Below are positions 17,447 through 27,275 of a stretch of DNA of 64,000 bases, piece by piece. A program made the translations under genes and the position numbers. Source of the DNA: an uncultured Chlamydiae bacterium (GTDB lineage Bacteria; Chlamydiota; Chlamydiia; Chlamydiales; JAJFMA01); contig CAVQMM010000001.1 in NCBI GenBank assembly GCA_963713615.1, forward strand, positions 3,360,001 to 3,424,000. The letters run 5' to 3'. The stretch's first letter is position 1. Each line of letters opens with the position of its first letter. Under the pieces are notes generated by a model that was not told the DNA's origin, did no database searches, and was given only the letters and a program-made list of their open reading frames with translations.

Positions 17447-19525
17447 ATGTGCAGCTCACCAATAGGCGGCGGCGGAGCCAACATTAATGATTTCAGTGCG
17501 CTTTTGGGAGGTGTGAATGGTCCTGATCAAACAACTGGCACAAACGCTACCACAGCAACGCAACAAGCCAATCCTGCTCCTGCTCAAGATGTCCTTGAAT
17601 TTAGATCCCAGCTTCAAGCTCCTCAAACGACTACGTACCAGGCGCCAGCTAACAAACCGACATTATCTCCAACTGTGCAACTGCCACCTCCACCTGCTGG
17701 AGCTAGTCAGGCACCTGCCAATACGAGCAATCAGCAACAAGCTGAATTCATGAGTATGGTGAACCAATTGCCTGCAGGTTTACGCAGTTCACTTCTTAAG
17801 GATATGGCTAAGCCACTAGCTCAACGAAATCCACAGCTTACCGGCTTGGAGTCAACACTGAATAAAGCCGCTACCGTTGCCACTTGGGCAAAACAAATTA
17901 ATCAAGGTAATGCCCAAATGAGCAATGTCCCGGCGGGCCTGCAAAGCCAAGTAGCTCAAAGCCTTCAAGGTGGAGGTCAGCCCTCCGCACAGCTACAGAC
18001 ACTTATGGGTAAAGCCTCTCTAACGCCGCAGGATGCGCAAATGCTCAAGAGTCTGGCTCAAACACCTGGAGCTGTCAGTCCTCAGCAATTCGCTGCGATT
18101 AACGCCAAACTCCAACAAGGAGGATTTGGTACCGTCACTCCACCATCAGGCGCAGGTCTTGCTGCTACAGGAGCTGCAGGAGGGGCTGTTCCTATGGGTA
18201 AGCCGGAGCCGGTTAATGGAGTCATGCCTGCCGCTATAGATGTAACCTCAATGTCACCCGATCAGATAAATAAACAGATGCAAGTCAACTCGGTTCAAGC
18301 TCTCAAAAATCAAGTCGCAGTAGCTCATACACATCTTAAGGAACTGCCGCCGGGGTCTGCCCAAACGACCTTGGCTGACTACCTAAAATGCATTACCTCT
18401 GTCATTACCCAAATTCAACAAATCCTTGGATCAATGAGCGCAGCAGATACTGCAAGAGGTGCAAAGCAGGTCATGGCCGAAAAGGATGATATGGATGCCA
18501 AAATGGCAGCGGCGATGAAGTCTCTTCAAAAAGCCGAGGAAATTCAGAAAGTCATGGGTGTTATTAATACGGTCATGAAAATTCTGGGTCCTTTAGCTGC
18601 TGTCGTTTGCTTGGTACTCGCTATTGCAACCGGAGGTGTTCTGGCTATCTTATTGGCAGTCGTTATGCTCGTCATCGCACTCCTGTCTTCTTGTACCAAT
18701 ATCATCAATGAACTGATGAGTAAGCTCATGAGTGCAGTCACGAGCGTATTCCAGCATATGGGTCTGTCCAGTAATGAAGCTGCTGTCCTGACTATGGTGA
18801 CTATGATTGTTATAACCATTGCATTAGCCGTAGTGACCAGAGGGGCTGTTTTAGAAGAAGCCGGTGGAATGGCCGCTGATGAGGCAGAGGTGGATGCTAC
18901 TACTGCACAAGACTCCATCGCAGCAGGTGCTAAAGGAGCTGAAGAAGGTGCCAAAGCAGGAGAGGACAAAGGTGGGGCTACATCCCTCCAAAAACTAGTA
19001 GCCAATATGGAGGCTGGAAGCGCTGCCCAAGATGTCATGGGGAACAGCAATAATTGCATCGAACAAGGCATGCTACCTATTCTAGAAAAGATGGGCTTTG
19101 ATCCCAAAGCCGCTAAAATGATCGCCATGATCATGCAAATGCTGACCATGATGGTGATCGGTATCGCTGCCGGCGGAGGTCTGAAAGGTATGAGCGACGT
19201 TGCACAAGAAATGGCATCGGCAGGTGAAGAATCTACTGCTGCCCTGATGAACATGATGAAAAACTTACAGACCGCTGTTGAGGCTACCACAGATGCTGTG
19301 AGCTCTATTGGACATCTAGAACTCGCTAAACTGGACATGCAAAAAGCTGATTTAGACGCCCAAACCGTACTATACTCCGCTAATATAGACCTGTTTGACA
19401 AGGACCGCAAGCTCCGCGATTCAAGTACTAAAGCAATCGACGATCTCGTCCAATCATACGGTCAAATGTTTAGCAATATTATAAATAATATGGAAAAAAT
19501 ATTAAGTCAAACATTTCCAGCGTAG
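17447..19525 (+). CDS. copB: Major T3SS translocator CopB/YopB (SctE)-like
   Basis: Coiled coil then long hydrophobic hairpin (ILGPLAAVVCLVLAIATGGVLAILLAVVMLVIALL), a further hydrophobic helix, C-terminal coiled coil; follows LcrH. Confidence 0.82.
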   Translation: MCSSPIGGGGANINDFSALLGGVNGPDQTTGTNATTATQQANPAPAQDVLEFRSQLQAPQTTTYQAPANKPTLSPTVQLPPPPAGASQAPANTSNQQQAEFMSMVNQLPAGLRSSLLKDMAKPLAQRNPQLTGLESTLNKAATVATWAKQINQGNAQMSNVPAGLQSQVAQSLQGGGQPSAQLQTLMGKASLTPQDAQMLKSLAQTPGAVSPQQFAAINAKLQQGGFGTVTPPSGAGLAATGAAGGAVPMGKPEPVNGVMPAAIDVTSMSPDQINKQMQVNSVQALKNQVAVAHTHLKELPPGSAQTTLADYLKCITSVITQIQQILGSMSAADTARGAKQVMAEKDDMDAKMAAAMKSLQKAEEIQKVMGVINTVMKILGPLAAVVCLVLAIATGGVLAILLAVVMLVIALLSSCTNIINELMSKLMSAVTSVFQHMGLSSNEAAVLTMVTMIVITIALAVVTRGAVLEEAGGMAADEAEVDATTAQDSIAAGAKGAEEGAKAGEDKGGATSLQKLVANMEAGSAAQDVMGNSNNCIEQGMLPILEKMGFDPKAAKMIAMIMQMLTMMVIGIAAGGGLKGMSDVAQEMASAGEESTAALMNMMKNLQTAVEATTDAVSSIGHLELAKLDMQKADLDAQTVLYSANIDLFDKDRKLRDSSTKAIDDLVQSYGQMFSNIINNMEKILSQTFPA

Positions 19526-19583
19526 TATTGTTAATTTTAATGTAAGTTGTTATTACTGTTAAGTTAAATGGGAGAATTAGATT

Positions 19584-20621
19584 ATGGGAAATATTGATAG
19601 CTCAGGATCGAGTTATGAACAGCTACTTCAGCAGCAGCAACAACAACAGGCTGCTGAATCTGCTCAATCTGCACAAGCTGCTCAAGCGACGACGGCAACT
19701 CAAGGGGTTCAGGCTCCTCAGGCTCAAGATCAGATGGTCAGTGCAAGAGGGGCTAGTGGAGTCTCTGCAGCTCCAGCGGCAGGTAGACCTAGTCTACAAG
19801 CGCCTACAAATGACAGCACATCCGCCGCTTCGTGGTTTGCGAACCCTAATGTAGTCGCAAAAGTGGTTAATACAGACAAAGCAGTTGCTGCGCAAGAGCA
19901 GGCTGAACGTCAACAGGACGTGGCTGCTAACAAGGAGCTGGAGGCGACGGAGGCCAACGCTAAAACTCAAGCAGGCCTAACAGAGCAAGCTGGTATGGAT
20001 AAAGCTGCCGGAGACCTGGCGCAAGCAGCTGCTAGCGCAGGATCAGCCGGGGGCGGCGCAGCAGCACTGGCGAAAGATCACAAAGATTCGGTCCAAGAAG
20101 AAAGCGAACTCAAAAAACTCAGTCAAGGCGGTCCCGAAGGCCCGCAAAAAGAACAGATAGCTCAACACGACAAGGCAATCGAGTCGATTCAGAAGCAAAT
20201 TACGGATTTGGGCGACGGCCATGTAGAAGTATCAGTAACAGAGAAAAAAACTAAAACATTGGAGTACGAATCTCAAATACAACAACATAAAGTTGATAGG
20301 GCAAAAGTCATGACAAAGGCCAAGGCTGAAATAAAGGCCGAGCATCAAAGACACAAAGCAGAGCGAGATACGCAGCTACAGGTACTCCAAGGAGTTTCAC
20401 AAACAGGTGGAAGTTTAGGACAAGCAGTTACGGGTTTGGCCTCTTCACAAGCGGAAGCACAAAATCAGGAAGTACAAGCAGTTCAGGACATCAACAGCAA
20501 GTCTGAAGATCAAATGATCAAGGGTTCCGACGCATCCAAATCAGCAATCAACGACCTCATTCAGGCCCAGAATCAGTATATCCAAACGCAAGGCCAAGCT
20601 ATTAGCTTTCGGCCAAACTGA
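19584..20621 (+). CDS. Minor translocator CopD/YopD (SctB)-like
   Basis: Position after copB-like gene; A/Q-rich coiled coil with amphipathic C-terminal helix; weak TM signal. Confidence 0.65.
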   Translation: MGNIDSSGSSYEQLLQQQQQQQAAESAQSAQAAQATTATQGVQAPQAQDQMVSARGASGVSAAPAAGRPSLQAPTNDSTSAASWFANPNVVAKVVNTDKAVAAQEQAERQQDVAANKELEATEANAKTQAGLTEQAGMDKAAGDLAQAAASAGSAGGGAAALAKDHKDSVQEESELKKLSQGGPEGPQKEQIAQHDKAIESIQKQITDLGDGHVEVSVTEKKTKTLEYESQIQQHKVDRAKVMTKAKAEIKAEHQRHKAERDTQLQVLQGVSQTGGSLGQAVTGLASSQAEAQNQEVQAVQDINSKSEDQMIKGSDASKSAINDLIQAQNQYIQTQGQAISFRPN

Positions 20622-20638
20622 GATTAAAACTAATTTGG

Positions 20639-20667
20639 GAGTGCAGCTAGCCATCACTGCACTCTTT
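20639..20667 (+). terminator. Possible intrinsic terminator
   Basis: GAGTGCAG-10nt-CTGCACTC followed by a short T run. Confidence 0.4.
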
Positions 20668-20671
20668 GCGT

Positions 20672-20904
20672 TCACAATCCTTGCTCGGCGCGCTTTGGAG
20701 TGAGTGCGGTCGCTTGCAACCGCTTTTCGTTTCTTGTGACGGTCGCGTGAAATGGCATCACGATCATTCGCTAAAGGCAAAATAGTTAGTACATGCAGCC
20801 TAACCGAATCCGTACAATGCCGTTTAGCACGACCGTCGCAAGGAAGGCAAAGCGGTCGCAAGCGACCGTACTCAAAAGCGCTGTGCGCCGAGAGACGATT
20901 GTGA
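20672..20904. repeat. Family B REP-doublet, diverged copy 2
   Basis: Same arms and inner AAAATAGTTAGTACATGCAGCC...ACAATGCCGTTTAGCA as 8345-8578, same orientation. Confidence 0.9.
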
Positions 20905-20924
20905 GGTTTCAGGAAGAGAGGAGT

Positions 20925-20940
20925 TGGCCCACGACTTGCA
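20925..20940 (+). promoter_or_regulatory. Putative sigma54 promoter
   Basis: TGGCCC-ACGAC-TTGCA, ~30 bp upstream of the scc4-like ATG. Confidence 0.68.
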
Positions 20941-20969
20941 TTAAGTAACGATAACGAGGGAGTAAGACT

Positions 20970-21365
20970 ATGAAACTCGCACAATTGATGGAGCTATTTG
21001 GCAAAGAAATTGGCTTTACCGGGCCCTACCCTCAGAATGATCAGGGTGCCTATGTGGTGCAAATGGAACCAGAGGTATCCTTTCTCGTTACCGATCTTAA
21101 CCCAACCATCAGCCTTTCTTGTGCAATTGCACCTTGTCCTAAGCAAGGCACCGATAGCTTTCATACCCAGATGTTGCTTGCTAACCTGTTCGGTCAAGGC
21201 ACAGAAGGGGCTGTTTTAGGTCTTACCGATGATGGTAATACCTTGACCCTATCAAAAGAAATAGAATACAATATTGACTATGAGCAGTTTAAAGAGATCC
21301 TAGAAGACTTCATGAACGCGATAGACTTTTGGCGCAGTGAGGCCCTTAATCCTAACACGACCTGA
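20970..21365 (+). CDS. scc4: CesT/SycE-family class I chaperone (Scc4/CT663-like)
   Basis: Acidic 131 aa, MLLANLFGQGTEGAVLGL, EDFMNAIDFW; precedes cdsD. Confidence 0.85.
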   Translation: MKLAQLMELFGKEIGFTGPYPQNDQGAYVVQMEPEVSFLVTDLNPTISLSCAIAPCPKQGTDSFHTQMLLANLFGQGTEGAVLGLTDDGNTLTLSKEIEYNIDYEQFKEILEDFMNAIDFWRSEALNPNTT

Positions 21366-21441
21366 ATATTCTGCCATTAAAATAGGTGCTAGAATATAGT
21401 CGAGGCCCCATGTTTTGGAATCTCTGTGTGGTAAATGAAAT

Positions 21442-23250
21442 ATGACAGCAAAATTAATAGCTGAAGAGGGTACTTTAGAGGGCTTAGTTCTCTCCTTCGA
21501 TGAAGGAGATGAGTGGCTCATCGGTCGCGACCCCGACACTTGCCAACTTCTGGTGGAAGATCCAGAGGTCTCGCGAGAACACCTTGTAGCACGGAAACTT
21601 CCCGAAGGCATCGCGGTCGAAAACCTCAGCACAACAAATCCCGCATTAGTCAACGATGAAGTGATCATCGGCTCTCGCGTCCTCAATCATGGCGACACCG
21701 TCAAAATCGGTAGCGGGATGTTTCGCTATTATACGGAAATTGGCGGCCATCAGATGGGATCTAGTGCGTCCAAAGCCGCTGATGTCAATGGAGACGAAGG
21801 TGACGAAGCCGAAGAATCCAGCGATACCCTCTTCGAAGAAGGGGAAAGTCCAGCTGATAAAATGCTCGCTGAAATCGATTTTAATGTCTCTAGCACTGGA
21901 CGATGGATGCTGAAGGTCATCGGTGGGCCTAACCACGGCGCCGAGTTCTCCATGGAGCCAGGCCACACCTATACGATAGGAACCAACCCAGCGGCATGTG
22001 ATATCGTTTTTCACGACGGCACCGTTTCTCGTCAACATGCGAAGCTGAGCATCAGCGCCGATAATCGGGTCGTCCTGCAAGATCTAAAAAGCCGCAACGG
22101 TGTCTATGTCGACGATAAGAAGATCAAGGGCAAAGCGGATTTGGCGTCTAACAGCATGATAGCTTTAGGAACAACACGCTTTATCATTTTCGATCGTGAG
22201 GCTGACCGTTCGACGATCATTACCCCTCTATTGCCCTCAATTGTCAAAACCCTCAAGGAAGAAGACAATAGAAAAACAACCTCCAAACCTAGGCCTAAGG
22301 TTGAAAAGGTCATTGTCGCACCAGCTCCACGACGTGCCAAGAGCGGTAACTTTACAGGTAAACTTGGCCTCCTCATCCTCGTCATTGCCCTCTTTGCCAT
22401 AGTAGGGATGGGGACGACCTCCCTTTTCCGCACCTCTGAAGTCGTGGTACCGCATGTCGATTATAATGCGGAACTGGACAAAATTATGATGGTCTATCCA
22501 ACAGTGAAGTATTCCTTCAATGAGTCAAATGGCAACCTACTGCTCATCGGTCATGTGCTAAAGTCCACCGACAAAGCCCAGCTACTCTACAACCTCGACA
22601 CCTTGCCATTTGTCCGTAACAAGGACGATACTAACCTAATCATCGATGAAGGCATTCTTCAAGATATCAATCAGCAGATTGGCCGAAATCCCTTGTGGCG
22701 TGGTGTTAACATGACCGCTCCCTCGCCGGGGCGCTTTGTCCTTAATGGCTACCTGACAACGCGAGAACAAGCAGAAAAACTCTTCGACTATATCGCTCAA
22801 AACTTCCGCTTTCTCGATCTATTAGAAAAACGCGTTTTTGTTGAAGAGGACGAAATCGCAAGTATTCGAGCTCTCCTGCAAGAACAGGGTTTTAAAGATG
22901 TCGCCGTGCAAATGACCAATGGTGAACTCACCTTGTCCGGTACCATCACCGCCGGCAAAGGACCCATTCTGGAGAAAGTTATTGCCAACTTTAAGAAAGA
23001 TGCCGCCGTTCGCACTGTTAAAAACTACGTAACCGAATTAGAAGTCGAGAGTTCCCTCGTCGATCTTACCGATACCTATAAGGTCACAGGATCCTCAAAT
23101 CGTGGTGGTAAAACAGTGAATATTGTCATTAATGGACGCATACTCGGTCCTGGTGATGTCTTGGATGGCATGACGATTACAGAAATTAAACGTGATGTGA
23201 TATCTTTGGAACGAGAAGGTATCAAGTATAAGATTGAATATAATAAGTAA
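21442..23250 (+). CDS. cdsD: T3SS inner-membrane ring protein CdsD/SctD
   Basis: Two FHA domains (IGRD..VSREH; IGT..VSRQHA..SRNG), one TM, periplasmic BON-like repeats. Confidence 0.93.
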   Translation: MTAKLIAEEGTLEGLVLSFDEGDEWLIGRDPDTCQLLVEDPEVSREHLVARKLPEGIAVENLSTTNPALVNDEVIIGSRVLNHGDTVKIGSGMFRYYTEIGGHQMGSSASKAADVNGDEGDEAEESSDTLFEEGESPADKMLAEIDFNVSSTGRWMLKVIGGPNHGAEFSMEPGHTYTIGTNPAACDIVFHDGTVSRQHAKLSISADNRVVLQDLKSRNGVYVDDKKIKGKADLASNSMIALGTTRFIIFDREADRSTIITPLLPSIVKTLKEEDNRKTTSKPRPKVEKVIVAPAPRRAKSGNFTGKLGLLILVIALFAIVGMGTTSLFRTSEVVVPHVDYNAELDKIMMVYPTVKYSFNESNGNLLLIGHVLKSTDKAQLLYNLDTLPFVRNKDDTNLIIDEGILQDINQQIGRNPLWRGVNMTAPSPGRFVLNGYLTTREQAEKLFDYIAQNFRFLDLLEKRVFVEEDEIASIRALLQEQGFKDVAVQMTNGELTLSGTITAGKGPILEKVIANFKKDAAVRTVKNYVTELEVESSLVDLTDTYKVTGSSNRGGKTVNIVINGRILGPGDVLDGMTITEIKRDVISLEREGIKYKIEYNK

Positions 23251-23319
23251 CTTATGTTAAAATGTAGTTATAGGAAAAGTAGGTCCGTTTGAGATCATAT
23301 TGAATGAAATGAGGTGATC

Positions 23320-23565
23320 ATGTTTGGACTAGGCAGCAAAGGCAAAGCAAAAGACGGCGATCAAGCGGTATTTGACCTTGAAAAAGACCTAGCTCACGCT
23401 AACAAGCGTAAGGAAGTCCAGCAACGCATACAGGCTAGGATGCTTCAAATAAAAGGCTTACTGAGAGTCGGACTATCAACTGAAGAATTTAATAACTTTG
23501 GATATCTACTTCATGGCTATGCAGCTTTATTAAAAGTAGTAGCAAGATTTGGAACCAAGGTATAG
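23320..23565 (+). CDS. cdsE: Needle chaperone CdsE (CT665-like)
   Basis: MFGL..FDLEKDL..LLHGYAALLKV; synteny. Confidence 0.82.
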   Translation: MFGLGSKGKAKDGDQAVFDLEKDLAHANKRKEVQQRIQARMLQIKGLLRVGLSTEEFNNFGYLLHGYAALLKVVARFGTKV

Positions 23566-23667
23566 AATAAAAAATGGGCATTACCTGACCTGACAGGTTA
23601 ACGGACTTTTCGACCTCTCCAATGAGTGAAAAGGTCATAATATATCCAGGGACCCTAGGAGGACCTT

Positions 23668-23910
23668 ATGGCAACTAATGAACAAGCGTTTAGTATGAGC
23701 GCTTTAGTAACTATCGTAAACAACTCTACAGTTAGCGCGAAAGCTAAGTTGACCGCAATTCAACAGCGCCGAAGTGCCATCAGCATCGCAGACATGTTTG
23801 ACATGCAAATGCTGATGAACCACCTCTCGCAGATGTCTGAAATGTCAACCGCGATTGTGAACGCTGCAAACTCTGCCATTGTGTCTATGGCTAGGAACGT
23901 CAAAGGCTAA
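23668..23910 (+). CDS. cdsF: T3SS needle subunit CdsF/SctF
   Basis: ISIADMFDMQMLMNHLSQMSEM...SMARNVKG; synteny. Confidence 0.9.
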   Translation: MATNEQAFSMSALVTIVNNSTVSAKAKLTAIQQRRSAISIADMFDMQMLMNHLSQMSEMSTAIVNAANSAIVSMARNVKG

Positions 23911-23959
23911 TCGGCGGCGAAAGTCTCTGCATCGCCTACAGCTTTGCAGAGACCGCCGA
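23911..23959 (+). promoter_or_regulatory. Stem-loop directly after the cdsF stop
   Basis: TCGGCGG..TCTCTGCA pairs with TGCAGAGA-CCGCCGA; no U-tract. Confidence 0.55.
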
Positions 23960-24109
23960 AGTATAGTCCGCGCTGACCTGGAACAGATACGATGAGAGAG
24001 GCTGTCGCTTCATGATTGCCAAAGGCTAAAGTAGAGCTGGCATTCCATGACTGCCAAATGCGTTTGCGAAGGACAAAGAAATTCTCATCTTTCCAAGGGG
24101 ATTGACTCT

Positions 24110-24565
24110 ATGAGCGAAGAAGATAAGCTCGAGGATTTTAGACACGATTTCGCATTATTGATAGAAGCGGGATTTGTGGCAGTTAAGCAACTCGATGAAT
24201 TAAGTGCTAGGCGCTTATTTGAGGGAGCTCAAGTATTGCGGCCTGATAGTACAGCCCCCCGGATAGGGCTGGGCTATATAGCCCTTAACAAATTGGAAAT
24301 CAAAGAAGCCTCCGGCATCTTTGAAGCCGTTGTTAAACAGGAACCAGAAAACTACTTAGCACAAGCCTTCTTAGGGATTTGCTACTTGTTAGTGAAGGCA
24401 AAGCGGAAAAAAGGCGAAGACCTGATCAACGATGCAGGTGAAAAATCAAACGACCCTACGGTTAAGAACTTATGTAATCTCGCTATCGAATGGGCTGAGA
24501 AGGATCTGAAAAAGAAAGACCATAAGGCGCCCTTCTTCTCAGGCGCTCAGAATGAAGAGCAATAA
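24110..24565 (+). CDS. cdsG: Needle chaperone CdsG (CT667-like, TPR)
   Basis: DFALLIEAGFVAVKQLDE, IGLGYIALNKLE; synteny. Confidence 0.85.
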   Translation: MSEEDKLEDFRHDFALLIEAGFVAVKQLDELSARRLFEGAQVLRPDSTAPRIGLGYIALNKLEIKEASGIFEAVVKQEPENYLAQAFLGICYLLVKAKRKKGEDLINDAGEKSNDPTVKNLCNLAIEWAEKDLKKKDHKAPFFSGAQNEEQ

Positions 24566-24608
24566 TCGCTAGTTAATACACATGACCTCTTTTGAAGAGG
24601 GGAGACTT

Positions 24609-25289
24609 ATGTCGGAAGATGATGATAAAGTAGAAAAAATAGGACGTGTGACGTCAGCGGTCTCAGGAACTGACAAAGTAGGTCGCTTTAGTGAGGTCGT
24701 GCCAAATCGCGAGTACTTTGATCACTTGATGGACCAAAAAGTCCAAAAAGACCAACAACTCGAGACAGCCCGTGTGGAAGAGACGAAGAAGCCTAGTCCC
24801 ATGGAGGAGGTTCAAAATATTTTAGGCAGAATTAAACGAGGCGAGCCACCCACTCTTGATAAGCTTATCGCTCAACTACAACGCACCTCTGAGCAATTTG
24901 ACTCTGTCAAAAGAAAGTTAGCAACTCCCAATCTCGAACTCAAAAAATCCGTTCAGAACGTACTTCGAAGCAAACTCTCTCATATCAATGAAAGCCTAAA
25001 GATTGCGCTATCGAAGGTGGGGATCGATTACGTTCCACCAGATAAACCCAAAGGATTGCAATCACCGATTCAACAATTTCTTGGTTATCTGACCCATGGG
25101 CAAAGTCAGGTGGAATCGCTAAGTGCTGAAGCTCAGCGTCTGCAAGATAACAAGGATCAGCTATCCGCCGGTGCTTTAATTAGTATTCAAATTAAGGTGG
25201 GCTTGATTCAACAACAGCTCGAGTTTTTTGCCAGTGTATTGAATAAGGCGCTAGAGTCGACCAAAACGATCATGAACGTTCAAGTATAA
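24609..25289 (+). CDS. CT668-like T3SS protein (inner-rod-like C-terminus)
   Basis: Between cdsG and cdsN; IQIKVGLIQQQLEFFASVLNKALESTKTIMNVQV. Confidence 0.75.
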   Translation: MSEDDDKVEKIGRVTSAVSGTDKVGRFSEVVPNREYFDHLMDQKVQKDQQLETARVEETKKPSPMEEVQNILGRIKRGEPPTLDKLIAQLQRTSEQFDSVKRKLATPNLELKKSVQNVLRSKLSHINESLKIALSKVGIDYVPPDKPKGLQSPIQQFLGYLTHGQSQVESLSAEAQRLQDNKDQLSAGALISIQIKVGLIQQQLEFFASVLNKALESTKTIMNVQV

Positions 25290-25380
25290 CTCGCTATTGC
25301 AACACGACCGCGTGTCCTGACACCTTTCGCAAAGGTGCCTAGGCCGCCCTCGCATAAACCTTAAAGGTAAAGTGGGCGCT

Positions 25381-26700
25381 ATGGACCTAGATGAACAGCT
25401 AGATCAAATTTTTGCCAAGCTTGATGATGTCAAGCTAACCACTGTCAACGGCCGCATTACAGAGGTCATCGGTACCCTGATTCGTGCCGTTGTCCCTTCG
25501 GTAAAGATCGGCGAAGTCTGCCTCGTAGTGCGCCAGGGTGAGGCCCCTCTTCGTTGCGAAGTTGTCGGCTTCACTCGTGATAATGTCCTCCTCTCTCCCC
25601 TTGGAGAAATGGCCGGTATTGGTCCCTCCAGCGAAGTCATTCCCACCAGAATGTCTCTGAGCATCAAGGTGGGCCCCGAGTTATTGGGACGCGTACTCAA
25701 TGGCTTGGGAGAGCCCCTCGATGAAGAGACAAAGGGTCCTCTCGTCCTCAATGAATATGCACCAGTTATTCGCGCTCCACCAGATCCCCTTAAACGTAAA
25801 CGTATCGATAAACCGATTGAACTGGGTGTCAGAGCCCTCGATGCCGTTCTAACAACCGGCATCGGACAGCGTATTGGAGTCTTCGCAGCTGCCGGTGGTG
25901 GTAAGTCTACCCTTCTAGGGATGATTGCCCGTAATGCCCGTGTAGATGTCAACGTCGTCTGTCTAGTTGGTGAACGAGGTCGAGAACTGAAGGACTTTAT
26001 TGAAAAGGACCTAGGTCCTGAAGGCCTCAAACGCTCAGTTCTCGTCGTATCTACATCTGATCAAGCTTCCCAACTGCGACTAAATGCTGCCTATGTTGGT
26101 ACGGCCATCGCTGAATATTTCCGCGACCAAGGAAAGTCCGTCATCCTCATGATGGACTCCGTAACGCGCTTTGCCCGTGCGCTGCGTGAAGTAGGTCTTG
26201 CAGCCGGTGAACCACCTGCCCGGGGCGGTTACACTCCCTCGGTATTTTCGACCCTGCCAAAGCTTCTAGAACGCGCAGGACGCAGCGAAACAGGCTCCAT
26301 CACAGCCTTCTATACCGTCCTGGTCGCCGGTGATGATATGAATGAACCCGTCGCTGACGAAGTACGTTCCATTTTGGATGGCCACATCATCCTCTCTGCG
26401 GAGCTTGCCAGATCCTACCACTACCCCGCTATTGAGGTTTTGTCATCCGCCAGCCGGGTTATGAACTCGATCGTCAACAAAGAACACTTGCAACTCGTTG
26501 GGCAGCTCAAAGAGGTTCTAGCTAACTATAAAAAGAACGAACTACTCATCAAAATTGGTGAATACAAGCGAGGCTCGGATAAAGCCGCGGACTTCGCTAT
26601 CGACCACGTTGACTCCGTCAATAAGTTCCTAAAACAAGGGGTCGATGAAAAATGTAGCTTTGAGGAAACCATGCGTCTGCTGCGGGCAGCGTTGAAGTAA
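25381..26700 (+). CDS. cdsN: T3SS ATPase CdsN/SctN
   Basis: Walker [40 protein letters not shown]. Confidence 0.97.
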   Translation: MDLDEQLDQIFAKLDDVKLTTVNGRITEVIGTLIRAVVPSVKIGEVCLVVRQGEAPLRCEVVGFTRDNVLLSPLGEMAGIGPSSEVIPTRMSLSIKVGPELLGRVLNGLGEPLDEETKGPLVLNEYAPVIRAPPDPLKRKRIDKPIELGVRALDAVLTTGIGQRIGVFAAAGGGKSTLLGMIARNARVDVNVVCLVGERGRELKDFIEKDLGPEGLKRSVLVVSTSDQASQLRLNAAYVGTAIAEYFRDQGKSVILMMDSVTRFARALREVGLAAGEPPARGGYTPSVFSTLPKLLERAGRSETGSITAFYTVLVAGDDMNEPVADEVRSILDGHIILSAELARSYHYPAIEVLSSASRVMNSIVNKEHLQLVGQLKEVLANYKKNELLIKIGEYKRGSDKAADFAIDHVDSVNKFLKQGVDEKCSFEETMRLLRAALK

Positions 26701-26732
26701 TCGGAGGCGGCGGAAAAAGAGGACCCTAAGGC

Positions 26733-27227
26733 ATGAAACCTGAGTATCCACTGGGCAAGGTCCTAGACATAAAAAAAAGACGGGTTACCGAAGCCGAGAA
26801 AAATGTTAAACTAAAGGAGGAGGCCCTTCGCAAAGAACTTCAGGTGTTGGAAGAAAAGAAGGCCGAAAGAGACAAGGTAAAGCAGCACCGTGACGACAAA
26901 CTCCGACAATTGCGTTACGAACTGGACACCGGAACCACAACAGATAAGATTCAGCAAGCTAAAATCTACCTCAAACTGTGCCAGGAAAAGCTGCTGATAG
27001 AAGAAAAAAAGGTCGCTGAACAACAGGAACATGTTGAATTAGCAGAAAGAAATGTTGAAGTCGCCAAAAGAGAGTTAAACCAACGCCGCCTCGAAGTCGA
27101 TAAGCTCCTTACACACCGCAAAGACTGGCTTAAGGAAAAACAGAAGGAGCTCGATATCGAAGAAGGACGTGAAGAAGACGAAATGGGATCCTTAATGTAC
27201 AACCTTAGAAAGCGCAGAGGTTACTAA
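26733..27227 (+). CDS. cdsO: T3SS stalk CdsO/SctO
   Basis: Charged coiled coil (YPL..VLDIKKRRV..AE) after the ATPase. Confidence 0.88.
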   Translation: MKPEYPLGKVLDIKKRRVTEAEKNVKLKEEALRKELQVLEEKKAERDKVKQHRDDKLRQLRYELDTGTTTDKIQQAKIYLKLCQEKLLIEEKKVAEQQEHVELAERNVEVAKRELNQRRLEVDKLLTHRKDWLKEKQKELDIEEGREEDEMGSLMYNLRKRRGY

Positions 27228-27275
27228 TAGCCTAGGAGCAGTTATTGTTTGGCTGCCGAAAAAGGAGTTAAAAAT

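Noticed and set aside
18544..19410. Long antisense ORFs (also 25404-26030, 28834-29331, 925-1452)
   Set aside because: Shadow frames opposite well-supported genes
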